A DNA stretch of 64,000 nucleotides. Origin: Alphaproteobacteria bacterium (GTDB lineage Bacteria > Pseudomonadota > Alphaproteobacteria > JAAXGF01). Made by a program: the position numbers and the translations under genes. Shown here in pieces: positions 36,878-47,973 of this stretch (its first letter is position 1; each line of letters begins with the position of its first letter). The DNA is taken from assembly GCA_963555825.3 (NCBI GenBank), contig CAUVXB020000001.1:1152001-1216000 (forward strand), in the 5' to 3' direction. The notes below the pieces were generated by a model. It was given only the letters and a program-made list of their open reading frames with translations, ran no database searches and was not told the DNA's origin.

Positions 36878-38052
36878 TACCAGTGAGCGCCTGAATTGAC
36901 TCTCGGGATATTCATTGATGGCGGATGATGGCGGATTGTGATTCTATGGTCTCCCACCAGATGTGGGGGATGTCATGGGATCAGCACTCAAGATACGGGA
37001 TGATTTGACGCCTTTGGAGCTTCGGCGCTGGGCTCGCGTGGAATCGTACGGTCGAGCGGCGGCGCGGGCCTATGGGATCGCGAATGCTTTGGAGGAGATG
37101 CCCCGGGCTGATGCCGCGCGGCTTGCGGGGATGGATCGCCAAACGCTTCGCGACGCGGTTGTTCGTTACAATGCAAAGGGATTGGAGGGGCTTCACGACC
37201 GTCCAAAGGGCTACTCGCCGCGGCGGCTGACGGCAGACGAGGAAGCGGCGCTGGCGGCGGTCATCATCGCCGGGCCGGAGCCTGAGCGCGACGGGGTTTG
37301 CGCCTGGACCCGGGCCGATCTGTGCCGCTGGCTGGAGGAGCGCTTCGCCAAGACCTACCACCCCTCGAGCATGACCCGGGTTCTACGGCGGATGGGATTT
37401 TCCCGCCAGAAGGCGCGCCCGAGCCACCCGCGAAGGGACGCCGAAGCGCAGGAGCGCTTCAAAAAAGGGGGCTTCGCGACATCCTGAAGGCGACCGCCGC
37501 GGCGCATCCCGACAAGCGCCTACAGCTGTGGTTTCAGGATGAAGCGCGCGTCGGCAACAAGGGCCGGGTGTGTCACCGGTGGTGGCGCAGGGGCGAGCGT
37601 GCCCCCGGGACGCGTCAAATCGGCTACCAGTGGGCCTACATCTTCTCCGCCGTGCGCCCGGACACCGGCGACGACGTCACCCTGGTGATGCCGAGCGTCA
37701 ACGCCAAGGTCATGGACCTGTTTCTCGCACACTTCGCCGATACCCTGGACCAGGATGCGCACGCCGTCATGATGTGCGACGGCGCCGGTTGGCACGACGA
37801 GCGCGCCCTCACCGTCCCCGACAACGTCACCTTGGCGCTGTTGCCGCCTTACAGTCCCGAACTCAACCCCGTCGAGCGGGTTTGGCTCTACCTACGCGAA
37901 CGCTTCCTATCGCTCCGCGTCCTCGACGACACCGAGGCCATCATCGACGCCTGTTGCCAAGCATGGATCGACCTCATCGCAGAACCGGATCGTATGCGAA
38001 CCCTCTGCGCCTATCCATGGATCATGAAGGTGATTTCATAGGCTCACTGGTA
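36878..38052 (+). mobile_element. IS630-family insertion sequence, apparently complete
   Basis: TIR TACCAGTGAGC / GCTCACTGGTA (imperfect to ~23 bp), with TTA (or TA) on both sides; encodes a split HTH + DDE transposase. Confidence 0.93.
36975..38041 (+). CDS. IS630 transposase, OrfA/OrfB joined by a -1 frameshift at AAAAAAG (~37461-37467)
   Basis: OrfA HTH (GMDRQTLRDAVVRYN...FSRQKARP); OrfB WFQDEARVG, CDGAGWH, LPPYSPELNPVERVW. Confidence 0.9.
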
Positions 38053-38151
38053 TTAATCCCACAAGGACTGGCCGAACGGTCGGCGGCGCCCCTCTTGTTG
38101 GGATAAGATTGGCGCGCACTGGCATGATCCGATCGTATTAAGTCGGTCGGA

Positions 38152-39642
38152 TTATGAATTGGGCGTGCGCCTGACGCCTTCGCGCAAGTTCTTGTAGGGC
38201 AGCTTGGCCGGGTCGGCGGTGTTCGGGCCGGGCGCCTCGACGACCAGGACCTCGGAAGCGAGCGGCTCGAAATCGGCGCGGAAGTGGACCGAGCTCTTGA
38301 GCGCGAGAGTCCGCTGGGCGGCCGGCTCGACACCGAGGTGCCGGAAGATCGCCTGATCGCCCGCCTGCAGCTTGCGGCTCGCGACAATGACCCGCACACC
38401 CCTGCCCGGCGCATCGGCGACGCGCAACAGCGCCATGCGGCCGAGCCGCATGCGGCTGCCGAGCCACATCGGCCCGGTCGCCGTGAAGGCGCCGTCGCCG
38501 AGCGCCTCGACGACCATCGGCCGCGTGAACGGCGCGTGGCCGGGCAGTCCCGACCAGGCGCCGAGCCTGGGCTCGATTCGCGCACCCTCGCCCGCTTCGT
38601 GGGCCTGCTCGGCGGTCGCCGGGTCGAACATCATGGCGACCACCGTGTCGGGCGCATCGGCCGCCGCCAACGCCTCCAACAGCCAGACCGTGTCGGCATT
38701 GCCGCCGGCGCCCGGATTGTCCTGGGTGTCGGCGAGGATGACCGGTCGGTCGCTCGTGTTGGCGAGCGCCCTGGCGACCGCCTCATCGACCGAATAGGTG
38801 TCGAGCTTGAAGCCGGCCTCGCGCGCCATGACCTCGTCGTAGAGCGCATCGGCCGCATGCTCGGCCGAAGCCGCGTCCCAAGCGTAGGCCGTGACCGCCG
38901 GGCCGCATTCGAGAATGTCGGCGGGCGGAAAGCCGGGCGCGAACGACAGGCTCGCGACGCCACCCGCCTCGAGCGCGCCGAGCCGCGCGTAGAGCGACTT
39001 CGACGGCTCGTACATGGTGCACTGGGCGGTCAGCGGAATCAGGTAGGGCAGCTTGCGGAACGCGGCGGCCGGCGCGCGGTCGCGCGCGAACATGTCGACG
39101 AGCAGCCGCGCCGCACGCTCGCCGGTCTCGGCCATGTCGATATGCGGGTATGTGCGGTAGGCGATCAGGGCGGAAGCGCGCGCCACCATCGCCTCGGTGA
39201 TGTTGGTGTGCAGATCGAGACTCGCGATCACCGGAACACGCTCGCCAACCACCGTGCGCACGCGGCGCAGCGTCTCGCCCTCGCCGTCCTGATAATCGTC
39301 GGTCACCATCGCGCCGTGCAGGTCGAGATAGACCGCGTCGAACGGGCCGCCGTTCGCCAGGTCGGCACAGATCATCGCCGTGATGCGCTCGAAAGCGTCG
39401 GTCGTGACTTGCGCCGACGGCGGCGCCGAGCACCACAGCAAGGGCGCGACACCGTGGCCGGCGCCACGGATCGCCTCGACGAAGCCGGCGATCGGCAGGT
39501 TGATGCCGGCGACCGCGTCGAACATGTCGGCGCCGCGCGTCAGCCCCGGCCAGCCGTCGGCCTGCACGAAGTTGGCGTAGGTCGCGGGCGACGGCGCGAA
39601 GGTGTTGGTCTCGTGCTGGAAGCCGCCGGCGGCGATTCTCAT
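38152..39642 (-). CDS. M81 metallopeptidase (MlrC family)
   Basis: HETNTF, LDLHGAMV, SLDLHTN, YRTYPHID, DTQDNPGAG, LKSSVHFRADF. Confidence 0.92.
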   Translation of the reverse strand: MRIAAGGFQHETNTFAPSPATYANFVQADGWPGLTRGADMFDAVAGINLPIAGFVEAIRGAGHGVAPLLWCSAPPSAQVTTDAFERITAMICADLANGGPFDAVYLDLHGAMVTDDYQDGEGETLRRVRTVVGERVPVIASLDLHTNITEAMVARASALIAYRTYPHIDMAETGERAARLLVDMFARDRAPAAAFRKLPYLIPLTAQCTMYEPSKSLYARLGALEAGGVASLSFAPGFPPADILECGPAVTAYAWDAASAEHAADALYDEVMAREAGFKLDTYSVDEAVARALANTSDRPVILADTQDNPGAGGNADTVWLLEALAAADAPDTVVAMMFDPATAEQAHEAGEGARIEPRLGAWSGLPGHAPFTRPMVVEALGDGAFTATGPMWLGSRMRLGRMALLRVADAPGRGVRVIVASRKLQAGDQAIFRHLGVEPAAQRTLALKSSVHFRADFEPLASEVLVVEAPGPNTADPAKLPYKNLREGVRRTPNS

Positions 39643-39732
39643 GACTGCCCGGCCCGTCTCACCGTCAACGGTTGAAGGCGGCGGCCGGATCGCCCATCAT
39701 GGGGCCGAGGCGCGACGGCAACGAGCAGACAG

Positions 39733-40134
39733 ATGACAGACCGCTTCGTCAGGGATTTGATCAAGCGACCGACGGCGATCGAAATCGGTCCGGACGCCAT
39801 GGTGCGCGAGGCCTGCAAGCTGATGGCCGAGCACGGCATCGGCGCGGTCCTGGTCATGCGCGACGCGGCGATCGAAGGTATCTTCACCGAACGCGACGCG
39901 CTCAACCGCGTGCTCGCCGAGGGGCGCGACCCCGACGAAACGCGCGTCGGCGCGGTGATGACGCCCGAGCCGGTCACCCTCGGTCCCGAGGCCACCGCGG
40001 TCGACGCACTCAGGCTGATGACCCAGATCGGCTTCCGCCACCTGCCCATCGTCGAGCAAGGCCGCGTGTACGGCATCATCTCGATGCGCGACTTCGTCGG
40101 CGCCGAGCTGCAGCAGGCGGGCGAGGACGGCTGA
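39733..40134 (+). CDS. CBS-domain protein
   Basis: GIFTERD, VMTPEP, FRHLPIV, GIISMRD. Confidence 0.9.
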   Translation: MTDRFVRDLIKRPTAIEIGPDAMVREACKLMAEHGIGAVLVMRDAAIEGIFTERDALNRVLAEGRDPDETRVGAVMTPEPVTLGPEATAVDALRLMTQIGFRHLPIVEQGRVYGIISMRDFVGAELQQAGEDG

Positions 40135-40160
40135 GCGCCGATCGAGCGGGCCACGCCGGC

Positions 40161-41882
40161 TCAGATATCCGCATAGACGTGGCGCTCCTCGCGGGCGCCG
40201 GGGTGGGTAACCGCGCCCTTGACCGCCGGGCCGACGGTCTGGGCGTAGCGCCACAGCGCGCCCGAGGCGAAGTCGTTCCGGCGCGGCTGCCAAGCCTTGC
40301 GCCGCGTCTCGAGCTCGTCCTCGGCGACCTCGAGGTCGAACACGCCGTCGATGGCGTCGATGACCACGATGTCGCCATTCTCCAAGAGGCCGATGGGTCC
40401 GCCGACCGCCGCCTCGGGGCCGATATGACCGACGCAGAGGCCACGGGTGCCGCCCGAGAAGCGCCCGTCGGTGATCAGCGCCACGCCCTCGAGGCCGAGC
40501 CCGGTGATGGCCGCGGTGGTCGACAGCATCTCGCGCATGCCGGGCCCACCCACCGGGCCTTCGTAGCGGATGACGATGCAGTCGCCTTCCTTGATGTCGC
40601 CGCCGATCACGGCCGCGAAGGCGTCCTCCTCGCGGTCGAAGCAGCGCGCCGGGCCGCGGAAGCGCTGGGCTGCCTCGGACATGTGGGCGACCTTGACGAT
40701 GGCGCCCTCGGGCGCCAGGCGGTCCTTGAGGCCGACCACCCCGCCGGTCGGCGAGAGCGGCGCGGCGGTGCGGACGACGACGTCCTGGCCCTCGGGGAAG
40801 ACCACGCCCGAGTGGTTCTCGGCGAGCGTCTTGCCGGTCACCGTCAGCGCGTCGCCGTACAGGTAGCCGGAATCCAACAGTTCCTTGATTATCACCTGGA
40901 CGCCGCCGACCTCGTAGAGGTCCTTGGCGACGTATTGGCCGTTGGGCTTGAGGTTGGCGATCAGCGGCGTGCGCTTGAAGCAGGCGGCGACGTCGTGCAG
41001 GTCGAAGTCGATGCCGGCCTCGTTGGCGATCGCCGGCAGGTGCAGCGCCGCGTTGGTCGAGCCGCCGGTCGCCGCCACGACGATGGCGGCATTCTCGAGC
41101 GCCGCGCGGGTGACGATATCGCGCGGCCGAATGCCCATCTCGAGCAGCTTGAGCACCGCCTGGCCCGAGTACTCGGCGTACTGGTCGCGCGATTCGTAGG
41201 GCGCCGGCGCGCCGGCCGAGCCGGGCAGCGCCAAACCGATCGCCTCGGAGACGCAGGCCATGGTGTTGGCGGTGAACTGGCCGCCGCAGGAGCCGCCCGA
41301 GGGACAGGCGGCCATCTCCAGGGTGTGCAAATCCTCGTCGCTCATCGTGCCGGCGGCGTGCCTTCCGACGCCCTCGAAGACGTCGACGATGGTCACGTCC
41401 TTGTTTTGGAAGCGGCCGGGCAGGATCGAGCCGCCGTACATGAACACCGAAGGCACGTTGAGGCGAACCATGACCATCATCATGCCGGGCAGCGACTTGT
41501 CGCAGCCGGCCAGACCGACCAGCGCGTCATAGCAGTGCCCGCGCATGGTGAGCTCGACCGAATCGGCGATGACCTCGCGCGAGACCAGCGAGGACTTCAT
41601 GCCGGCATGGCCCATGGCGATGCCGTCGGTCACGGTGATGGTGGTGAATTCGCGCGGCGTGCCGCCGGCGGCGCGCACGCCCTGCTTGACCATCTGCGCC
41701 TGGCGCGAGAGCGTGATGTTGCACGGCGCGGCCTCGTTCCAGGTCGTCGCGACGCCGACCAGCGGCTGGGCGACCTCCTCCTCGGTGACGCCCATGGCGT
41801 AGAGGAAGGCGCGGTGCGGCGCCCGCTCGGGGCCGACGGTGGTGTGACGGCTCGGCAGCTTCGACTTGTCGAAGGCGGTCAT
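40161..41882 (-). CDS. ilvD: Dihydroxy-acid dehydratase
   Basis: [53 protein letters not shown]. Confidence 0.95.
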   Translation of the reverse strand: MTAFDKSKLPSRHTTVGPERAPHRAFLYAMGVTEEEVAQPLVGVATTWNEAAPCNITLSRQAQMVKQGVRAAGGTPREFTTITVTDGIAMGHAGMKSSLVSREVIADSVELTMRGHCYDALVGLAGCDKSLPGMMMVMVRLNVPSVFMYGGSILPGRFQNKDVTIVDVFEGVGRHAAGTMSDEDLHTLEMAACPSGGSCGGQFTANTMACVSEAIGLALPGSAGAPAPYESRDQYAEYSGQAVLKLLEMGIRPRDIVTRAALENAAIVVAATGGSTNAALHLPAIANEAGIDFDLHDVAACFKRTPLIANLKPNGQYVAKDLYEVGGVQVIIKELLDSGYLYGDALTVTGKTLAENHSGVVFPEGQDVVVRTAAPLSPTGGVVGLKDRLAPEGAIVKVAHMSEAAQRFRGPARCFDREEDAFAAVIGGDIKEGDCIVIRYEGPVGGPGMREMLSTTAAITGLGLEGVALITDGRFSGGTRGLCVGHIGPEAAVGGPIGLLENGDIVVIDAIDGVFDLEVAEDELETRRKAWQPRRNDFASGALWRYAQTVGPAVKGAVTHPGAREERHVYADI

Positions 41883-41947
41883 CGGTGGTGTCCTTTCCCC
41901 TGCAAGCGACAATCTGTCCTGTTGGGCCGCACCATAGGCGGCGCGGT

Positions 41948-42859
41948 CTAGCCGATCAACGCCTTGAGCGCGGCGATGTGCTCGGGTCCGGTGCCGCAGC
42001 AGCCGCCGATCAATCGCGCGCCATGGTCGATCCAGGTTTGCGCGTGCGTGGCATAAGACGTCGGGTCGAGGTCGTCGCGCAGCGGGATCAGGCCGTCGGC
42101 GTGCTTGGCGCCGCCGAGTTCCCAGTCGGGCGGCACCGGCACGAAGCTGTTGGCGTAACCGCCCGCCGGCGGGCCCAGCGCGGCCAGCTCGGGCATCGCC
42201 GTCGTGACGCTTTCGGGCGTGCAGCAGTTGACCAGATAGGCCGAGACCGGCAGATGCGCGATCACGGCGTGGGCCTCGGCGAGCGTCTCGCCGCTGCGCA
42301 GCCGGCCCGAGTTGTCCTCGTGCAGCGTCCAGGAAACCCAGACCGGCTTGCCCGTCGAGGTTGCCGCGGTGGCGGCGCCGAGGCCCTCGGCGGCCGAGGA
42401 CATGGTCTCGCAGATCAGCACATCGACATGGGGCGCGAGGATCTCGGCCTGCTCGCGGTAAAGCGGCTCGATGACCGCGAATGGCTCGACCCGATCGGGC
42501 CGGTAACTGCCGCGCAACGGCGGTAGCGAACCGGCGACCGATACGTCGCGGCCCGACGCGTCGCGCGCTTGCGCCGCGAGCCGGCAGGCCATCAGGTTCA
42601 ATTCCTCGAAACGGTCCTCGATGCCCTCCGTGGCGAGTTTGGCGCGGATCACGCTGTAGGTATTGACGGTGATGACGTCGGCGCCGGCGGCGATGAAGTC
42701 GGCATGCGCCTCGCGCACCACCTCGGGCGCGACGATCAGCGCGTTGGCCGACCAGATCGTGCTCGTAATGTCGACGCCGCGGCGGCGCAGCTCGCGCCCC
42801 ATGCCGCCGTCCATGAGCACCGTGCGTTCGGGCAGCGAAACGGTCGGAATGTCGGTCAT
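41948..42859 (-). CDS. Homocysteine S-methyltransferase family protein
   Basis: [30 protein letters not shown]. Confidence 0.9.
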   Translation of the reverse strand: MTDIPTVSLPERTVLMDGGMGRELRRRGVDITSTIWSANALIVAPEVVREAHADFIAAGADVITVNTYSVIRAKLATEGIEDRFEELNLMACRLAAQARDASGRDVSVAGSLPPLRGSYRPDRVEPFAVIEPLYREQAEILAPHVDVLICETMSSAAEGLGAATAATSTGKPVWVSWTLHEDNSGRLRSGETLAEAHAVIAHLPVSAYLVNCCTPESVTTAMPELAALGPPAGGYANSFVPVPPDWELGGAKHADGLIPLRDDLDPTSYATHAQTWIDHGARLIGGCCGTGPEHIAALKALIG

Positions 42860-42870
42860 CGGATCGGCGC

Positions 42871-43902
42871 CTAGGCGGCCGTATCGAGCAGGCGCGCGGC
42901 GGGCTCGCCGGTGAGGTACCAGCTCAGGCAGCGCACGGCGCCGCCCATGATGGCGACCGATGATGCATCGATCGGCACCAGCGGCTTGGGTGCCAGCTCG
43001 CGAAACGCGGCAAGCGCCGCCTCGTCGGCCGGCACGTCGTAGACCGGCATGTAGAAGCCGCGCTCGATGGTCAGCGCGTTGACGTAAATGCCCGTGGCAT
43101 CGGGCCAGCCGCGCCACTGGCGGTCGGTCGGCGCGTACGGCACCTCGACCGGCTCGACGCCGGGCAGGTCGCGCGCAAGCGCGCCAAGCACCTCGGAGCG
43201 CAGCGGTTCGTCGAACGCCGAGACCGCCAAGAGATCGCGGCGCAGCCAGGTGACCATGCCATCGGCGTGGCCGGTGATATCGCCCGGCACCCGCGGCACC
43301 ACGGCGAGGCGATCGAGCCCGAGGTTGCGCTGGAGGATATTCCGCAGCTCATGCGGCTCGAATTCGGGGTTGTCGACGTAGAGCTGTTCGCTGGTCACCG
43401 CCTGGCCCATGCCGTCGTAGACCAGGTTGCCGCCGTCGAGCTTGACGAGCAGCCGGGTGGTCTCGATGCCGGTCTCGCGCAGCCACAGCATGAACCAGTC
43501 CTCGATCCAGCCGCTGGCGGCCGGCGAGATGTAGTTGGGCCTGTACAGGAACTTGACCAGACGATCGCCCGCCTGGATCGGCGCGACGTCGACCAGCCAG
43601 ATGTCGCCGACCTCGGTCGCGAGCACGCGGCTGGCCGGCACGCGGTCGCCCAGCTCGTCGCGGGTCCATTTGTCGGCCATCAGCAGGACCGGCTCGCGAT
43701 CGCCGACCGCACGCACGAAGCCGACGTCGAAGTCAAGGATCTCGCGGCGCAGTTCCTGGTAGAAACTGTCCGCCGCGCCGGGCGCGGCGAGCAGGATAAC
43801 GCTCGGCTCGCGGGCCTGCGCCGTCCGGCTGGCCAGCGCGCCCGCGACCGGCAGCGCGGCCGCGGCTTCCAGGAATCTCCGCCGCGTGACCATGGCGCTC
43901 AC
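42871..43902 (-). CDS. Agmatine/peptidyl-arginine deiminase family protein with a Tat signal
   Basis: TRRRFL Tat motif; [26 protein letters not shown]. Confidence 0.8.
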   Translation of the reverse strand: MSAMVTRRRFLEAAAALPVAGALASRTAQAREPSVILLAAPGAADSFYQELRREILDFDVGFVRAVGDREPVLLMADKWTRDELGDRVPASRVLATEVGDIWLVDVAPIQAGDRLVKFLYRPNYISPAASGWIEDWFMLWLRETGIETTRLLVKLDGGNLVYDGMGQAVTSEQLYVDNPEFEPHELRNILQRNLGLDRLAVVPRVPGDITGHADGMVTWLRRDLLAVSAFDEPLRSEVLGALARDLPGVEPVEVPYAPTDRQWRGWPDATGIYVNALTIERGFYMPVYDVPADEAALAAFRELAPKPLVPIDASSVAIMGGAVRCLSWYLTGEPAARLLDTAA

Positions 43903-44213
43903 TTGATCGGCGAAAACGACGTCGGCGCCAGGATCTTGTTTTCCTGCGCGGTCAGCATGCCGGCGGATTTTCGCTTGTATTCGTCCCAGGCCGGATCGGC
44001 GTCTCGCGCGGCGCGGCGCGCGTCCATGTCGGCCAGGTTCTCGAACCGCCAGAGGTGAACGACCTGATTGAGCGGCCCGAGGGTCGTCCGGAAATAGCCG
44101 ACCAGATCGCCCAGGTGCCGAAGCTGCACGGGCAGGCCTTCGCGTTCGAACAGCGCGAGATATTCCTTATCGCGCCCGTGCGCCATCGTGTAGGTGCGGT
44201 GGTCGATGATCAT
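43899..44213 (-). CDS. NIPSNAP family protein
   Basis: IIDHRTY...LNQVVHLW...RRAA...W...ENKILAPTSFSP. Confidence 0.9.
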   Translation of the reverse strand: MIIDHRTYTMAHGRDKEYLALFEREGLPVQLRHLGDLVGYFRTTLGPLNQVVHLWRFENLADMDARRAARDADPAWDEYKRKSAGMLTAQENKILAPTSFSPIK

Positions 44214-44266
44214 GGCAGCCCTCCGGACAAGGAGAAACGTTGTCGGCACTATCTGCTACGCCGGGC

Positions 44267-45250
44267 CTACAGATCAAATGCCATGTCCGCGGCGTGCAGC
44301 GCCTGGTCGACCCGGCGGCAGACGTTGAGCGTGTCCCTGGCGGCCTCTGCCGTCGCGACACCGGATATCGGCAGGTCCTCGACGGCGCGGCGAAACGCCT
44401 CGATCATGGCGGCGTTGGGATCGACCGGATCGGTCTCGACCGCCGTCCGTTCGCCGCCCGGCCCGACGGTCTCGAAGCGCCATTCGACCGGCGCGTTCTC
44501 GGGCAGGCTGACGTCGAGCTCGACCACGCCGTCCCGGCAGATTGCGCGCAGCGTCGTCGTGAAGCTGGCGCCGCGCGGCATCAGCGCGCTTGCTTCGGCC
44601 GCGATCACGACATCGCCATAGCGCAGCGCGACCTGGACGTGATCAAAGGCGCCGCCGGTTTTGTGGCCGTGACCCCGGATGTCGTCGGGCTGGCCGAACA
44701 TCCAATTGAAGACGTCGATGTCGAACGGGAGCAGCTCCTTGACAACGTCGCCGTGGTGACCCGACGCGAGCGTCTCGCCCTCGCGCCAGTAGGGCGGCGA
44801 ATACCGCGCGCTCGACACCGCGACGACGTCGCCCAGCTCGCCCGAGGCGACGATCTCGCGGAACCGCGCGACGGTCGCGACGAAGCGCAGGATCTGGCCG
44901 GCCATCAGGACGCGGCCGGCGCGTTGCGCCGCCGCGATCATCGCGTCGGCCTCGGCGACCGTGAGCGCGATCGGCACCTCGGTAAAGACATGCTTGCCGG
45001 CGTCGAACGCAGCCAGCGCATAGGCGTGATGCTGCGCCGTCGGGCAGGCCAGGACGACGGCATCGATAGCGGGGTCTTGGATCAATTCGTCGGGACTGTC
45101 GATCGGTCGCGCGCCGAATTCGCCTGCCACCGCCTCGACATTGGCCGCGGTGCGGCCCGCCACGGTGGCCAACTCGACACCGTCGACGGCTGCCACTGCG
45201 GCCGCATGGATTCGCGCCTGGACGCCCGCCCCGATGATGCCGATGTGCAT
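44267..45250 (-). CDS. Gfo/Idh/MocA family oxidoreductase
   Basis: IGIIGAG, IDAVVLACPT..H, GKHVFTEVP. Confidence 0.88.
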   Translation of the reverse strand: MHIGIIGAGVQARIHAAAVAAVDGVELATVAGRTAANVEAVAGEFGARPIDSPDELIQDPAIDAVVLACPTAQHHAYALAAFDAGKHVFTEVPIALTVAEADAMIAAAQRAGRVLMAGQILRFVATVARFREIVASGELGDVVAVSSARYSPPYWREGETLASGHHGDVVKELLPFDIDVFNWMFGQPDDIRGHGHKTGGAFDHVQVALRYGDVVIAAEASALMPRGASFTTTLRAICRDGVVELDVSLPENAPVEWRFETVGPGGERTAVETDPVDPNAAMIEAFRRAVEDLPISGVATAEAARDTLNVCRRVDQALHAADMAFDL

Positions 45251-45254
45251 GGCG

Positions 45255-47918
45255 TTAGGGCTGGGCCGTCTTCTCGAGCCGGCCGAGGGCCGCGACGATG
45301 CGTGCGCGCGTGGCCTCGGTTTCGGCGCGGCGCTCGCGCTGCTCCTCGACGACGTGGACGGGCGCCCGGCTGGTGAACGCCGCGTTGCCGAGCTTCTTGT
45401 CGATGCCGGCGATCTCACCCTCGAGCTTCGAGACATGCTGGTGCAGCCGCGCGACCTCGTTGGCGACATCGATGACGTCGGCCAGCGGCAACACGAAGCT
45501 GGCCTCGTCGACGACGAGCTGCACCGCGCCTTCAGGCAGCGCGCCGTCGAGCGGCGTGATCGTCTCGATGCGGGCGAGCCGCCGAATCGGCTCGGCGTGC
45601 GCCGCGAGGCGCACCACCGTCACATCGCTCGCGCCGTCGTGCAGCAGCGTGACCTTGGCCCCGGCCGGCACGTTAAGCTCGGCGCGCGCCGAGCGGATCT
45701 CGGTGATCAGGCGCACGACCCAGCCGATCTCGGCCTCGGCGTCGGCATCGACGGCGTCGGCGGCGTAAGACGGCCACGGCGTCTCGATGAGCTGGCCGGC
45801 GCGCGCGCCGTCGCCGAAGTGGCCCCACAGCTCTTCGGTGACGAAGGGCGCGATCGGGTGCAGCAGAATGAGGATCTGGTCGAGAGCCCAGGCGGCGGTC
45901 GCCCGCGTCTCGTCCTTGGCCGGGCCGTCGGGGCCACCCAGTATCGGCTTGGCGAGCTCGAGGTACCAGTCGCAGAAGCTGCCCCAGGTGAAGCGGTAGA
46001 TGGCGCCGGCCGCCTCGTTGAACTTATAGGTCTCGATCGCCTCGTCGATCACGCTGGCGGTCTTGGCGACCTCGCCGACGATCCAGCGGTTGAGCTGGAC
46101 ATCGCTGGTCGCGGGATCGAAGCCCGCGACCGGTTTGCAGCCGTTGATCTCGCAAAAGCGCGCCGCGTTCCACAACTTTGTGATGAAGTTGCGGTAGCCC
46201 TCGATGCGTTGCTCGGAGAGCTTGATGTCGCGCCCCTGCGCGGCCATCGCCGCCAAGGTCAGGCGCATGGCGTCACAGCCGAATTTGTCGATCAGGTCCA
46301 AGGGGTCGAGGATGTTGCCCTTGGACTTCGACATCTTCTGGCCCTTTTCGTCGCGCACCAGGGCGTGGATGTAGACCGTGTGGAACGGGATCTCGTCCAT
46401 GTAGTGCAGCCCCATCATCATCATGCGCGCGACCCAGAAGAAGATGATGTCGAAGCCGGTGACCAGCACGTCGGTCGGGTAGAAGCGATCGAGCTCGGTC
46501 GTCTCGTCGGGCCAGCCCAAGGTCGAGAACGGCCACAGCGCCGAGGAGAACCAGGTGTCGAGCACGTCCGGGTCGCGCTCGAGCGCGACCGCTTTGCCGT
46601 AATGCGCGTCGGCCGCGGCCTGCGCTTCGTCCTCGCTCCGCTCGACGAAGATGTGACCGTCGGGGCCGTACCAGGCCGGGATCTGATGGCCCCACCAAAG
46701 CTGGCGCGAGATGCACCAGGGCTGGATGTTGCGCATCCACTCGAAGTAGGTGTTCTCCCACTGCTTGGGCACGAAGCGCGTGCGGCCGTCCTCGACCGCC
46801 GCGATCGCCGGGCCGGCGAGCGTCGCCGCGTCGGCGAACCACTGGTCGGTCAGCCAGGGCTCGATCGCAACGCCCGAGCGGTCGCCGTAGGGCACCGTGT
46901 GCTCATGCGGCTCGATCCGGTCCAACAGCCCCTTCTCTTCCATCTCGGCGACGATGCGCTCGCGCGCCGCGTAGCGATCGAGCCCCTGGAAGCGTTCCGG
47001 AACGTTCTCGTTGAGCGCGGCATTGAGGTCGAAGATGTTGATCATCTCGAGATCGTGGCGCCGGCCGACCTCGAAATCGTTGAAGTCGTGCGCCGGCGTG
47101 ATCTTGACCGCGCCCGAGCCCTGTTCGGGATCGGCGAGGTGATCGCCGACGATAATCAGCCGGCGTCCGGTCGACGGCTGGATGCAGTATTTGCCGATCA
47201 GATCGGCGAACCGCTCGTCCTCGGGATGGACCGCGACGGCGGTATCGCCCAGCATCGTCTCGGGCCGTGTCGTTGCGACGGTTATGTATTTGTTATCAAC
47301 ATCTTCCACAGGATACTTAAAGTACCACAGCGAGCCTTTCAAGGGGCGCTGCTCGATCTCGAGATCGGAGATTGCGGTGTGCAGCTTGCAGTCCCAGTTG
47401 ACCAGCCGCTTGGCGCGGTAGATCAGGCCCTTCTTGTGGAGATCGACGAACACCTTGAGCACCGCCTCCGACAGGCCCTCGTCCATGGTGAAGCGCTCGC
47501 GCGACCAATCCGCCGAGGCGCCCAGGCGGCGTAGCTGCCGGCTGATCGTGGTGCCCGATTCCTCGCGCCATTTCCAGGTCCGCTCGATGAACGCGGCGCG
47601 GCCCAGGTCGTAGCGGGTCTTGCCCTCTTCGGCGAGCTGGCGCTCGAGCACCATATGGGTCGCGATGCTGGCGTGATCGGTGCCGGGCTGCCACAGCACG
47701 TCGAAGCCGCGCATGCGGTGCCAGCGGATCAGGATGTCCTGCAGCGTGTTGTTGAGCGCATGGCCCATGTGCAGGCTGCCGGTGATATTGGGCGGCGGGA
47801 TGACGATGCAATAGGTTTCGGCGTCGGGCCGGCGGCCACAGGCGAACGCGCCGGCGTCTTCCCACGCGGCGTAATGACGAGCCTCGGTCTCGTGGTGCCG
47901 ATAGATCTTTTCGAGCAT
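45255..47918 (-). CDS. valS: Valine--tRNA ligase
   Basis: PPPNITGSLHMGH, WCISRQLWWGH, KMSKSKGN. Confidence 0.98.
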   Translation of the reverse strand: MLEKIYRHHETEARHYAAWEDAGAFACGRRPDAETYCIVIPPPNITGSLHMGHALNNTLQDILIRWHRMRGFDVLWQPGTDHASIATHMVLERQLAEEGKTRYDLGRAAFIERTWKWREESGTTISRQLRRLGASADWSRERFTMDEGLSEAVLKVFVDLHKKGLIYRAKRLVNWDCKLHTAISDLEIEQRPLKGSLWYFKYPVEDVDNKYITVATTRPETMLGDTAVAVHPEDERFADLIGKYCIQPSTGRRLIIVGDHLADPEQGSGAVKITPAHDFNDFEVGRRHDLEMINIFDLNAALNENVPERFQGLDRYAARERIVAEMEEKGLLDRIEPHEHTVPYGDRSGVAIEPWLTDQWFADAATLAGPAIAAVEDGRTRFVPKQWENTYFEWMRNIQPWCISRQLWWGHQIPAWYGPDGHIFVERSEDEAQAAADAHYGKAVALERDPDVLDTWFSSALWPFSTLGWPDETTELDRFYPTDVLVTGFDIIFFWVARMMMMGLHYMDEIPFHTVYIHALVRDEKGQKMSKSKGNILDPLDLIDKFGCDAMRLTLAAMAAQGRDIKLSEQRIEGYRNFITKLWNAARFCEINGCKPVAGFDPATSDVQLNRWIVGEVAKTASVIDEAIETYKFNEAAGAIYRFTWGSFCDWYLELAKPILGGPDGPAKDETRATAAWALDQILILLHPIAPFVTEELWGHFGDGARAGQLIETPWPSYAADAVDADAEAEIGWVVRLITEIRSARAELNVPAGAKVTLLHDGASDVTVVRLAAHAEPIRRLARIETITPLDGALPEGAVQLVVDEASFVLPLADVIDVANEVARLHQHVSKLEGEIAGIDKKLGNAAFTSRAPVHVVEEQRERRAETEATRARIVAALGRLEKTAQP

Positions 47919-47973
47919 CACCTAGCCTTGTCTTTGGCTTGTCTTTGGTTGATGGCGGCGGGCGCCCGAGCGG

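Larger units (their letters stand above)
36807..38154 (-). repeat. Dispersed structured repeat family A, copy 3 (single unit), split by IS630
   Basis: Removing 36878-38055 restores GCGCATGCCAATCTTAATCCCACAAGGACTGGCCGAACGGTCGGCGGC, matching copies 1 and 2. Confidence 0.85.
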
